50,995 nucleotides of DNA from a virus. The DNA lies in the IMG/VR virus record IMGVR_UViG_3300000976_000137, positions 1 through 50,995 of that record; one strand, written 5' to 3'. A program made the position numbers and the translations under genes. The notes under the pieces are model-generated. The model saw only the letters and a program-made list of their open reading frames with translations, did no database searches and was not told the origin of the DNA. This document shows, one piece after another, positions 36,439 through 45,198 of this stretch (its first letter is position 1; the number at the start of each line of letters is the position of its first letter).

Positions 36439-37431
36439 TTATTTTAATATGTAGTCATAATTATCTTTCATATGGCTTACAAAATTAGCAATATCGTTCT
36501 GTACAAAGTTAGAATGGTAAAATATTTTGATTTCTCTACCTTTGGGAAACCATTTTGCATTTTTCATTTTTATTTTTATTCCTTCAGTAAAGTCTCTTAA
36601 TATTTTTTCATTTACGTCGTCTTTTTCCCATAAGTCTTTTTTATTAATAAAGATGCAAATGCCCTTAATTATGTGGTCAATTTCTGTGTATTTATCATCC
36701 AAATAACCTATAATCTCATCAGCAAAATATTCATGTTCTTTGAGTCTAGCTTCGTTAATAGCTGATGAATTGTTAGATTCATTGTGGTCTAAAAATAGAC
36801 AAATAAAACTTTTGTTAATTGCTACTTTGAATTGTTGGAAAAAAACTTGTCCTTTTCCATCAAATAAATTTACTCTTTTTCCTATTTCAATTATCCAGGT
36901 ATGCTTTGATAGTTCAGTTGTAGAAATAGGGGCTTTCAAGTTTAATAGTTTTGTTATCAAAGTACTTTTTCCAACCTTACTTTTTCCTATGAAAGCTATC
37001 TCAGGATAATCTTTTTGTTCTGATTCTATTTCTTTCTTGTCTTCCGTTTTTAGATTATTGTGAGACGGCTTCAATATGAGTACAAACAATCTTGCAATAG
37101 CTGCTAGAAAAGGAAAAGCTAGAATCCAAGCTTCATTGGAGTTGAGAGTTTCCTTTGTAAAGAGGAAAACACAAAGACTTGTGGTAGTAATAAGAACAAT
37201 TACACATATTACCAAAATGATAATTTTGTAAACCTTTTTATTATCATATCTATTTAAAAAAAGACTAGCTATTATTCCTATGGTAATCAATGATAGTCCC
37301 CATTGATAATAACTATTGCTATCTTGTTTTAGTATCCACCCAATAGCTGTAACAATGAAAGTAAGTATTCCTAGTACATCAGCTATGAGTCCTATTTTCT
37401 CGAATAGAATTTCTTTTTTGTCTCTTGTCAT
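36439..37431 (-). CDS. membrane-anchored small GTPase (about 4 N-terminal TM helices plus a Ras-like P-loop domain)
   Basis: 330 aa. G1 'GKSKVGKST', G3 'LFDGKGQ' and G4 'INKKD'. Four hydrophobic helices lie in residues 10..125. Confidence 0.7.
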   Translation of the reverse strand: MTRDKKEILFEKIGLIADVLGILTFIVTAIGWILKQDSNSYYQWGLSLITIGIIASLFLNRYDNKKVYKIIILVICVIVLITTTSLCVFLFTKETLNSNEAWILAFPFLAAIARLFVLILKPSHNNLKTEDKKEIESEQKDYPEIAFIGKSKVGKSTLITKLLNLKAPISTTELSKHTWIIEIGKRVNLFDGKGQVFFQQFKVAINKSFICLFLDHNESNNSSAINEARLKEHEYFADEIIGYLDDKYTEIDHIIKGICIFINKKDLWEKDDVNEKILRDFTEGIKIKMKNAKWFPKGREIKIFYHSNFVQNDIANFVSHMKDNYDYILK

Positions 37432-37468
37432 TTGTATAAAATTTTGAGTTAATATTAGTTTTTTATTT

Positions 37469-38377
37469 TTAGTCTTCTAGAGACAACTTAGCGAATGTCA
37501 GTAGCTCAGAAATTGCCGAGTTTCGGTCTATTCTAGATAACGAAGAAATTAACCCTACATTTAATATTTGTGCTTCTTCATTTGCAATATGAGTAGGTAG
37601 CATAATTTTTTTGAACATCAAAGCTTTAGGTTGGTTTGAAGCCTCTTCATTGCACATATTATTATTTATAGATGAAGATGAAGATAGTATAGATAATAAA
37701 TCTAGATTTTTGTTACAATAATTTTCTATAGTTTTTTCTTTAGTGTTTACTCTAATTTCAATTGTGACATCACTATTTGATGTCTTCTTTGCTGTAATGA
37801 TAAAACCTTCTGAGAGTTTAATAATTTCTTTTTCTACTTTATCAGTTGCTTGAATAATTATTCTTGACTTTTTTGGAAGATTGAATTTGATAGATTTGTC
37901 TCTAAAAACTATAGTATCTGTCTTTCTATTTGTTAGTTCGTCTTTACTTGGTATGTAGATTTTATCTCCCCTTCTAATGTCTACTAAATCATTACTTATA
38001 GTCCTGTCTAGAACTAAATTTTTATAACTATTATCTTTTTCTCTCTTTTTTGTTGTGAATGAAATTATAGATTGATACATATATGAATGACCATATTCTT
38101 TTTTGGAGATACTTGATAAAGTTTCTCCTCTATTCTCTATAATGTAATCTCGGCCTTTAACTATATAAGAGGAATCTTCAAATATCTTAGATTCCAAAAT
38201 TTCTTTTTCTCGTAGGCTTGATATTTTAGAAGGAGAAATTGAAATAACATTGTCTCTTTCTGGGGTTAATTCTGAGTTCTTTTTTTTATTAAAAAGGTAT
38301 ACAAGCCATGCCGCACAAGATAGAATGACAATAGAGAGTATTGTTGTAAGTATCTTTGAAGATAAAATAGCTTTCAT
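37469..38377 (-). CDS. single-pass membrane protein with LysM-like segment
   Basis: 302 aa with the N-terminal TM segment 'ILTTILSIVILSCAAWLVYLF'. 'YIIENRGETLSSISKKEYGHSYMYQSI...DIRRGDKIYIPS' resembles LysM. Confidence 0.5.
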   Translation of the reverse strand: MKAILSSKILTTILSIVILSCAAWLVYLFNKKKNSELTPERDNVISISPSKISSLREKEILESKIFEDSSYIVKGRDYIIENRGETLSSISKKEYGHSYMYQSIISFTTKKREKDNSYKNLVLDRTISNDLVDIRRGDKIYIPSKDELTNRKTDTIVFRDKSIKFNLPKKSRIIIQATDKVEKEIIKLSEGFIITAKKTSNSDVTIEIRVNTKEKTIENYCNKNLDLLSILSSSSSINNNMCNEEASNQPKALMFKKIMLPTHIANEEAQILNVGLISSLSRIDRNSAISELLTFAKLSLED

Positions 38378-38399
38378 AAGTATAATTTTAAGTTAAAGA

Positions 38400-38407
38400 C
38401 AAACATA
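38400..38407 (-). promoter_or_regulatory. Bacteroidota-type -7 box TAnnTTTG for the GTPase operon
   Basis: The minus strand reads 'tatgtttg', 22 nt upstream of the ATG at 38377. Confidence 0.4.
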
Positions 38408-38793
38408 ATACATTTTTCTGCTAGTAAAAATTATATGTAAAGAATTTTTGTGGTGACATTTTTTATATTCTCACGTCACGCAGGTTTTCCCCATTTCATA
38501 CTGCTTTTATTTGCTCCTGTCCGCTTTTGATTACCAAAGTAGGACAGGATAGCCCTGCCCTACCCTTTCAGCCTTTATCTCCAAACTTGTCTATTTCACT
38601 AGATTGTCCTGCTTTCGAAACTAGGATGACTTGAAAATTACTGTCTTAAAGGGGGGCAACAGGGATAACTAAAGGACTGAAAACTAGCCTTTTTATTGCT
38701 GCGGGTTTGGTGTCTTAAAAAGAACTGGTTTTGGGATATGAGTTTTGTTGTGGCTGCATGCTATTATATTGATTCTTCGGTTTATGTCGGTTT

Positions 38794-38838
38794 GCTAAAA
38801 CGTTAATATGGGCTACGTACACATATTAACGTTTTAGC
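38794..38838. terminator. perfect 17-bp-stem hairpin just downstream of the 429-aa gene
   Basis: 'gctaaaacgttaatatg' pairs with 'catattaacgttttagc' around an 11-nt loop, 6 nt from the stop at 38845. The T-tract is on the plus side only. Confidence 0.55.
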
Positions 38839-38844
38839 CATTTT

Positions 38845-40134
38845 TCATTGAAATACAGAAGCGGGTTTCATTGGTTTAATTATGACTTGACTATTCGTTC
38901 TATCATCAAGTATTTTGAAATACTTATTTTCCGTTTTTGAATTAAAAATTTCCGTGTAACCGTCTAATGTTTCAATTTCAATCGTAAACCCAATTGTATT
39001 TTTTGTGAGTGGAATTCTCACATCCTTTATCCAAGTTATTTCCCCAGTCTTAAAATTTGGTACTTTTTTCTCTACTGTTGGCATAGTAAAAGTTTTATAT
39101 GATACCCAACCGTCGATGTTTTTTCTTGCCAAGTTAGACCATGCCGTTTTTGCCAGCAATTTCAATGTAAACCCTGCATCTGAAACATTAACAAATTCCC
39201 AAGGACTATTTTCTTCTCTTCTTGTTACATGAAATACAGTTGATGATTGGATTAACTTATGTCCTGTTGGAACAATCGTCGGATAATTACATGTTTCATC
39301 GCTCCTTCTTCCACTTCTACATTTATAATGATGAGGAGGCTTAGGAGTATGATGCGAATGTTCTTTTCTATTTTTAGATTTCTCAGTAATTCCTATCCTA
39401 TAAGTTCCCATTACTTTTGGTAATGAGAACAAAGGGATTTTAAATTTTCTTTCTTCGTAGTTAGGAAATACTAATAGTTTTGTTGTTTTGTGAAATACTA
39501 CTAAATCTACCGTTTCAGTTTTTATTTTTTTCTTTGGATTACTAAATTTCTCCAACGGTATATTGAATTGAAGGGTGCTTGACCCAGATTGAATAGGTTT
39601 TATTTTTTCACCATTTACAATTAGGAATGGTTCATATTCATCCCCATATATATGAAGTCTACTTCCGTATATTGGCAGGCTCACGTTATCTTCATTTGAT
39701 AATTTTAAGAAATGAACTTTATCTGGTTTCCTAACTCTTGGAAACTTTTCAAAAAAAGGAATTCGAGAAATTGATTCATCCAAATTATCTGTTACGACCT
39801 GTATTTCTTTTACCGTTTTATACAGTCCATTATTGAGGTTATTTATTAGTTTGTCTAAATCAGTAAATACTCTTTGTTGAGTTATATCTAGTTTATCAAA
39901 AGTTTCATTCATTGATTTTGAATATGCTGCTTTTAAATTTTCTATTTGAACTTGGACTTGTTGAGAACCAACCATTATTGTTGTTCTTGCTTCTTCACCT
40001 GCCTTTTCAATTAAATTTTTTCCAGCTTGCTCTAATTTAGAAATTGCTACACCAATGGACAAACCCCCAAATTGACTGTAGGTAATATTATTAATGGTAA
40101 AAAAGATGATGATTAGAATGATGTTTCTTTTCAT
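38845..40134 (-). CDS. secreted hypothetical protein
   Basis: 429 aa with the signal peptide 'IILIIIFFTINNITYSQ'. No domain recognised. AT-rich. Confidence 0.6.
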   Translation of the reverse strand: MKRNIILIIIFFTINNITYSQFGGLSIGVAISKLEQAGKNLIEKAGEEARTTIMVGSQQVQVQIENLKAAYSKSMNETFDKLDITQQRVFTDLDKLINNLNNGLYKTVKEIQVVTDNLDESISRIPFFEKFPRVRKPDKVHFLKLSNEDNVSLPIYGSRLHIYGDEYEPFLIVNGEKIKPIQSGSSTLQFNIPLEKFSNPKKKIKTETVDLVVFHKTTKLLVFPNYEERKFKIPLFSLPKVMGTYRIGITEKSKNRKEHSHHTPKPPHHYKCRSGRRSDETCNYPTIVPTGHKLIQSSTVFHVTRREENSPWEFVNVSDAGFTLKLLAKTAWSNLARKNIDGWVSYKTFTMPTVEKKVPNFKTGEITWIKDVRIPLTKNTIGFTIEIETLDGYTEIFNSKTENKYFKILDDRTNSQVIIKPMKPASVFQ

Positions 40135-40495
40135 TTTTGATGATTTTTTATTTAGCTACAATTTTTAACTATACGCTATGTGGTATAGAGCTAGGCTAGC
40201 CACTAAGGTACAAAATCAAGATTGAAAAAGGAAAATGTTGCTATAAAAATCCGTTAAGTTAGACTGTGAGTCTTCATCTCATCTAATTTCCGCCTGTCTT
40301 AAAAAGTAGAGAAAAAAAGATAGGTCACCCAGGAATAGCAACCTACTTGATTCGCAAGATTGAGGACTGGTAAGTAGCACGAATATGAACATTAATAGAA
40401 TTAGAGAGAAGGCTAATAACAAGGTGAGTTGTGCTATAATTGAGTAGATAGTTAGTTAAAAGAATGTGTGACTATAATAATAAGGTTCTTGGACG

Positions 40496-40510
40496 GTGAA
40501 AAGAAAAAGA
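40496..40510 (+). repeat. GTGAAAAGAAAAAGA motif copy
   Basis: Exact 15-mer (16-mer with the 5' G), upstream of the KilA-N gene. Confidence 0.7.
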
Positions 40511-40665
40511 CAGTATAGATTTTAATTCTGCTGGGGAAATGCCTATTTTGCAACTACAAAATTCTACATCTAAAATATCAATTAGAATGTGGTAGCTAAT
40601 GAAATCGAGGGAGAAGGTTAAAGCTATTTCATTATTTAGAAAATGTAGTAAAATTTTTTGTGCGG

Positions 40666-40680
40666 GTGAAAAGAAAAAGA
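40666..40680 (+). repeat. GTGAAAAGAAAAAGA motif copy
   Basis: Exact 15-mer, 46 nt upstream of the KilA-N start codon. Confidence 0.7.
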
Positions 40681-40726
40681 TTGGCAGAACCATTTCACTT
40701 AAACCTATATAGAGAAAATCACACCT

Positions 40727-41578
40727 ATGGCAAAAAAGAAAACGATTAATGTTCAAGGTAATGAAATAAGCCTTATCACTCAAGGAGATGAAGAATATAT
40801 CAGCCTTACGGATATGGCTAAAGGCTTTGAAGGGGAAGCAGGAGAGTATATTAGAAATTGGTTGCGGAATAACTCAACTGTTCGTTTCTTAGGTGTTTGG
40901 GAGAAAGTACATAACCCTAATTTTAATTTGGTGGAATTCCACCAAATTAAAGCTGAACTGGTAGATAACACTTTTCTTATGTCTGTTAAGAAATGGATAG
41001 CACGGACTAGTGCTATTGGTATGCAAGCACGAGCGGGTAGATATGGAGGTACTTATGCTCATAATGAGATAGCTTTGCAATTTGCAACATGGTTAAGCCC
41101 TGAATTTCATGTTTATCTTGTAAAAGAATTCAAAAGATTAAAACAGGATGAGGCAATACGACTTGGTTTACAATTTGACCTAAGACGAGAATTGACCAAG
41201 ACCAATTATGCATTACAGACGGATGCGATTAAGGCAATGCTTGTTCCTGATAAGGTGAAAGGTACGAAAGATGCCAGCCCATTTTATAGCAATGAAGCGG
41301 ATTTACTTAATGTAGTTGTTTTTGGCGATACAGCAAAGGGATGGAAAACTAAGAACCCAACCTTAAAAGGCAATATGCGTGACCATGCTACGATTGAACA
41401 ACTAATGCTTCTTCTTAATATGGAGGTACTAAATGCGACGATGATACATTGGGAATGGACACAGGAAATGCGGTTGGAAGTGTTACATAAAGAATCTAAA
41501 CGGCAGATGCCAACGATATTAAGGAGTGCTGCAATGAAGAGAATTAAGTCTAATGGAAAGAAGAAATTAAAATCGTGA
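40727..41578 (+). CDS. KilA-N domain DNA-binding protein
   Basis: 283 aa. 'INVQGNEISLITQGDEEYISLTDMAKGFEGEAGEYIRNWLRNNSTVRFLGVWE' is the typical KilA-N N-terminus of Bacteroidota mobile elements. Confidence 0.8.
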   Translation: MAKKKTINVQGNEISLITQGDEEYISLTDMAKGFEGEAGEYIRNWLRNNSTVRFLGVWEKVHNPNFNLVEFHQIKAELVDNTFLMSVKKWIARTSAIGMQARAGRYGGTYAHNEIALQFATWLSPEFHVYLVKEFKRLKQDEAIRLGLQFDLRRELTKTNYALQTDAIKAMLVPDKVKGTKDASPFYSNEADLLNVVVFGDTAKGWKTKNPTLKGNMRDHATIEQLMLLLNMEVLNATMIHWEWTQEMRLEVLHKESKRQMPTILRSAAMKRIKSNGKKKLKS

Positions 41579-41589
41579 GAGAGGACCAA

Positions 41590-41606
41590 CTTCTTTTTCT
41601 TTTCAC
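41590..41606 (-). repeat. GTGAAAAGAAAAAGA(AG) motif copy (reverse orientation)
   Basis: 'cttctttttcttttcac' lies 11 nt after the KilA-N stop and is identical to 17219..17235. Confidence 0.7.
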
Positions 41607-41645
41607 AAGCAAGCACCGCAGGTCGAAATTTTTTGAGCAAATTTC

Positions 41646-41678
41646 TTATTATCACCTTTTGAGTGAAGGTGATAATAA
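41646..41678. repeat. inverted iteron plus half-iteron forming a 13-bp palindrome
   Basis: 'ttattatcacctt' ttgagtg 'aaggtgataataa'. The left part, through 41664, is the reverse complement of the 19-bp iteron. Confidence 0.7.
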
Positions 41679-41706
41679 AAGAAAAAGAGCGTTTGCCCCT
41701 GCCCTA

Positions 41707-42540
41707 CTAGTTAAGGGCTAATGTTTTTTCAATGGTTGTTAAAACTCTACTATCTATCTTACTGGCTTCTTCTGGTAGTAATTTAGTTTCATAATGATTA
41801 AGCGGATAATTGAACCCATTATAAAGTAACCAGGCATTCATGGGAGTATCGAGGATTAGCATTTCCTTTTCTGCAATCAATTTGGCAGAATCTAACATTT
41901 TCTTAGGGTAACGTATGGTATTAGAGGTACGCAATGTATGCATAATTTGAGTGATTTCATCAGGTGTTACTTGACGGTCGGAAAGCTTTTTGAATCGGTT
42001 TAGCTTTACCTCGATATTCTCTAACCTTTTATAGATAGGTTCTAGCTCTATTCGCCCCGACCGTTTGGAATGTTTAACACTAACAGATACATCTTCTCTA
42101 AAAGCCATTAATCCATTGGTGCAGATTAAGCGTTGATATCCAATGCCAATTGTTTGTTTAATCGTGCCATCATAGCTATTATGAATTTCTATCATAGGGC
42201 AAACATCGTCACCTTTTAAGATATTATGAATATCTCCATCGACGATGAACTGTACATAAAAGCGTCTATCATCAAAAGATGATACTTTCGTTTTAAATCC
42301 TCGCTTACCAAAAATGGATAGCATTTTATCATGAATTGGTAAAATGATTTCTTCATTGGAAACAAGCTGATAGTTACTTCCGCAAAGTTGGGTGACTTTC
42401 TCTTGTTCTGGTAGATAGACACAATGGGTTAAATTGCTTGCAAAGCCTACCTTATCAAATAATTCCCCTACTTTTTTGACCTGAGCAGGAAAGAAAATTG
42501 TATTTAACTCTTCGTGGCTTTTCAAATTTTCATTCTTCAT
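41707..42540 (-). CDS. DUF932-family protein
   Basis: 277 aa. 'IEIHNSYDGTIKQTIGIGYQRLICTNGLMA' matches the DUF932 signature (NSxDGS ... R.VC.NG) as I recall it. Confidence 0.75.
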   Translation of the reverse strand: MKNENLKSHEELNTIFFPAQVKKVGELFDKVGFASNLTHCVYLPEQEKVTQLCGSNYQLVSNEEIILPIHDKMLSIFGKRGFKTKVSSFDDRRFYVQFIVDGDIHNILKGDDVCPMIEIHNSYDGTIKQTIGIGYQRLICTNGLMAFREDVSVSVKHSKRSGRIELEPIYKRLENIEVKLNRFKKLSDRQVTPDEITQIMHTLRTSNTIRYPKKMLDSAKLIAEKEMLILDTPMNAWLLYNGFNYPLNHYETKLLPEEASKIDSRVLTTIEKTLALN

Positions 42541-42772
42541 ATCCTTTTATTTTAAGATGAAGGAAATTCTTCTTACTTTAAAATTAAGGTATTTTAGTAA
42601 ATTAAACAAATTTATAATTGTATTTTTTTCTAATTAGATTTTATCGTTCAATAATCAGTTTTTTATTAATTATAAATTTTTCCAATTAGAAAAATGTGCA
42701 ATATCTAATATCTTTACCTTTTTAAAATATGAAAAGTATAAATCGGAATGGAGAAACGAGTAACATGAACTT

Positions 42773-42791
42773 ACTCAAAAGGTGATAATAA
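42773..42791 (+). repeat. isolated iteron copy downstream of rep
   Basis: 'actcaaaaggtgataataa' is identical to the iteron at 44299..44317. Confidence 0.75.
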
Positions 42792-42807
42792 CAATCTAAT
42801 GATGAAC

Positions 42808-44217
42808 TTAACGATGCTTTTCTAATTTCTTAATTTCAGTATCTAGCTGCTTTTGTTTTTGATAGAGTTCCCTAACCTCTGCAAATAACTCTGGATAATT
42901 GGCTTCTAATTGGATATTAATTTGAGAACTAACTATCGGACTTTGATGATAATTTTCATGCGGAGACAGATTTTTCTTTAATGTTCTAAAGCTACTACCC
43001 TGTTCTTTTTTTTCGATTACTTGATAAGCTTCCATAAAAGCAGCTTCATTATTGACCAACTTAATTAAAATCGGTTCTCTCAATTTTCGATATTGTTGAT
43101 TGATAATCTCTCTTTGTTTTTCAAGCTTGACTATCTGTAGATGCCTATCTTTTCGCTGTTTTGCTATTTCTCGTTTCTTTTGCTCTTGGAACACCTTTGG
43201 TGTTTTCCAATCTTCTCGTAATGCTTTGATTAAGAAACCCGCAGGGTTACTTCCTGCTGTTTTTGATTGGTCTAGCAAAGTAATTTTCTCTAAATAATAT
43301 ATTTCTATTGTTTTACATCGAGTTATCGCCTCTTTGCGACTGGATTCATTTTGAATCAAATCAAAACCTTGCTTTTGAAGATTATCTATGTTCTCAATAC
43401 TAATCCCTATTTTAGTTAATTTTTGAGTGATTGTATCTGATAGATTGGGCTTTTCTTTAATTTCAATCGAATCTGTTAGAAAATCTAATACCCCTTGTTT
43501 TGACTCTTCGCTTTTGGGTTCATTTGGATAAATGTAGAAAATCAATCCAATGACTTTCTTACCTTCTTTGATTTCTTCAAAATCAAATCGTATATCTGTG
43601 TGTTTTATTAATTCTGATTGTGCTTTTAATATTGCCTTTTTTTTAACATGACCATAAAGGTTGTAGTTGCAGCCAATGAGTCTTTTTAAATCTTCTAGCT
43701 CAAATGTACGTTTTCCTATCTTTTTATACTGAATGAGTATTTCATAAATCCTAATCGAATAAGAACTTTTCAGACTAGGAAGGTTCTTTAATTGATAAGT
43801 TGTATAGTTACGTTGTAATTCCAATAAATGCTCTTTTAATCGCCCAGATATTTCAAAGACAGTCACATCTTCTCGCCAGTCATTCTCCCAAGAGGAAATC
43901 AGAAAAGCATTTAGTATTGTTCCTTTATCTGTCAGTAATCGAATTGGTTCTTCATTCAATTGCTTGCAGATATTTTCTAAATCGGCATTGAATCGGTTGT
44001 AAGGCACATTTTTCTTATATCCTAAATACTGTCTAATATCTGAGTTTTTAACTCGTGTTAAGCGAAAGTCTTTATCATCAGGGCTAATTTTTGCCACAAT
44101 CAATCGCCCGACTTTCAAGGTCTTGGCGGGAAGCTTCGCCTTAGAATAATCAGCTTCAATCAACTTATTCGATTGAGTGACAAGGTGTTTTTCGGATGAT
44201 TTAGTATTTGTTGACAT
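42808..44217 (-). CDS. plasmid replication initiator (Rep_3/RepB-like)
   Basis: 469 aa. 'LVTQSNKLIEADYSKAKLPAKTLKV' is the characteristic Rep_3 N-terminus. The iteron array lies directly upstream. Confidence 0.85.
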   Translation of the reverse strand: MSTNTKSSEKHLVTQSNKLIEADYSKAKLPAKTLKVGRLIVAKISPDDKDFRLTRVKNSDIRQYLGYKKNVPYNRFNADLENICKQLNEEPIRLLTDKGTILNAFLISSWENDWREDVTVFEISGRLKEHLLELQRNYTTYQLKNLPSLKSSYSIRIYEILIQYKKIGKRTFELEDLKRLIGCNYNLYGHVKKKAILKAQSELIKHTDIRFDFEEIKEGKKVIGLIFYIYPNEPKSEESKQGVLDFLTDSIEIKEKPNLSDTITQKLTKIGISIENIDNLQKQGFDLIQNESSRKEAITRCKTIEIYYLEKITLLDQSKTAGSNPAGFLIKALREDWKTPKVFQEQKKREIAKQRKDRHLQIVKLEKQREIINQQYRKLREPILIKLVNNEAAFMEAYQVIEKKEQGSSFRTLKKNLSPHENYHQSPIVSSQINIQLEANYPELFAEVRELYQKQKQLDTEIKKLEKHR

Positions 44218-44242
44218 GATTACTTCTAGTGATTAAGAGTAG

Positions 44243-44250
44243 CAAAGATA
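44243..44250 (-). promoter_or_regulatory. TAnnTTTG -7 box for rep
   Basis: The minus strand reads 'tatctttg', 25 nt upstream of the ATG at 44217, with 'ttgac' further upstream. Confidence 0.4.
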
Positions 44251-44298
44251 ACAATTATCACCGAAAAGTCAATGAGGTGATAGTAAAAAATAATAAAT

Positions 44299-44610
44299 AC
44301 TCAAAAGGTGATAATAAGATGTTTTCACCCCACTCAAAAGGTGATTTTTATACTCAAAAGGTGATAGTAAAAGAATGTAGACTAATTTACTATATTCTTT
44401 GTAACTAATTGAATATCAATAATATAACAGAAAAATATTGAAATTTTTCTGTTTTTTGAAATACTCAAAAGGTGATAGTAAATACTCAAAAGGTGATAAT
44501 AGATTTCATAACTTATTGATAATCAACAGCTTTTGAAGCTGGAAAACAAGACTATTAAAACAAGAATTAAAACAAGAACAAAGGAAAATTATACTCAAAA
44601 GGTGATAATA
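44299..44610 (+). repeat. oriV: six direct 19-bp iterons plus an AT-rich spacer with a 10-bp-stem hairpin
   Basis: Iterons 'ACTCAAAAGGTGATA(A/G)TA(A/G)' at 44299, 44332, 44352, 44463, 44484 and 44592, with a partial copy at 44274. The AT-rich stretch 44371..44462 contains the hairpin 44427..44452. Confidence 0.85.
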
Positions 44611-44767
44611 GAAAATAAAATATAGATTTGCCGTGAAAAGAACAATAACAATATAATTACGGATACCGATTTTATAAGCCAATTTGGTGTTAGATTTAAA
44701 ATTTAAAGAAGCTTTCGTTTTTCTAATTAGAAAAATATGTAATCAAATAAAAATAACACAATTTGTA

Positions 44768-44983
44768 TTATTTATCATGTTTGTCCAGTTCCTTAATATA
44801 GGTTTTGATTTCGGCAGCGGTTATTTCGGTAAGTTCTTCCCCCTCCCCTATCATACCTAAATCTCGCATAACTACTCCTAGATAATATTCTCTATGATTC
44901 AAATCTAATTCATAAGCTCTTTGAATAAGTTTTGCATAGACCTTTGATGGTGTGACGATAGTTACCTTCTTTTTCTTTCCCAT
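44768..44983 (-). CDS. small hypothetical protein (possibly RHH/CopG-like)
   Basis: 71-aa ORF. 'KVTIVTPSKVYAKLIQRAYELDLNHREY' could be a ribbon-helix-helix. Confidence 0.45.
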   Translation of the reverse strand: MGKKKKVTIVTPSKVYAKLIQRAYELDLNHREYYLGVVMRDLGMIGEGEELTEITAAEIKTYIKELDKHDK

Positions 44984-45198
44984 GCCTACAAAAATAGTCG
45001 TTTTATGTTAAAATTTCATAAAATGCAGTAATACGGTAATACGTGTTACTGTACTTTCTAAAAATATATTATCTTTGATGTGATATGTTTTCTGACTGAA
45101 GCTTCTCCCTTCAGTTTGACAAAACAAAGACCCCGAAAGAGCAGGTCGGCAAAACAGGCTCAATCAGGGTATTTTACATACTTGTAAACCACAAATTT

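Noticed and set aside
38711-40306. The 12-mer 'tgtcttaaaaag' on both sides of the 429-aa gene (38711 and 40295); considered as cassette-boundary direct repeats
   Set aside because: Dozens of exact 12-mer pairs are expected by chance in 51 kb of AT-rich DNA, and there is no extended similarity around them.
40472-40783. 103-aa minus-strand ORF upstream of and overlapping the KilA-N start
   Set aside because: It overlaps the KilA-N start and spans the repeat-rich regulatory region. The translation looks like random AT-rich sequence.
44274-44610. A regularly repeated 19-mer that could superficially look like a CRISPR array
   Set aside because: Spacers are irregular (1 to about 90 nt) and AT-rich, the repeats are only 19 bp, and there are no cas genes. 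The array sits directly upstream of a Rep_3-like gene, which is classic iteron/oriV organisation.
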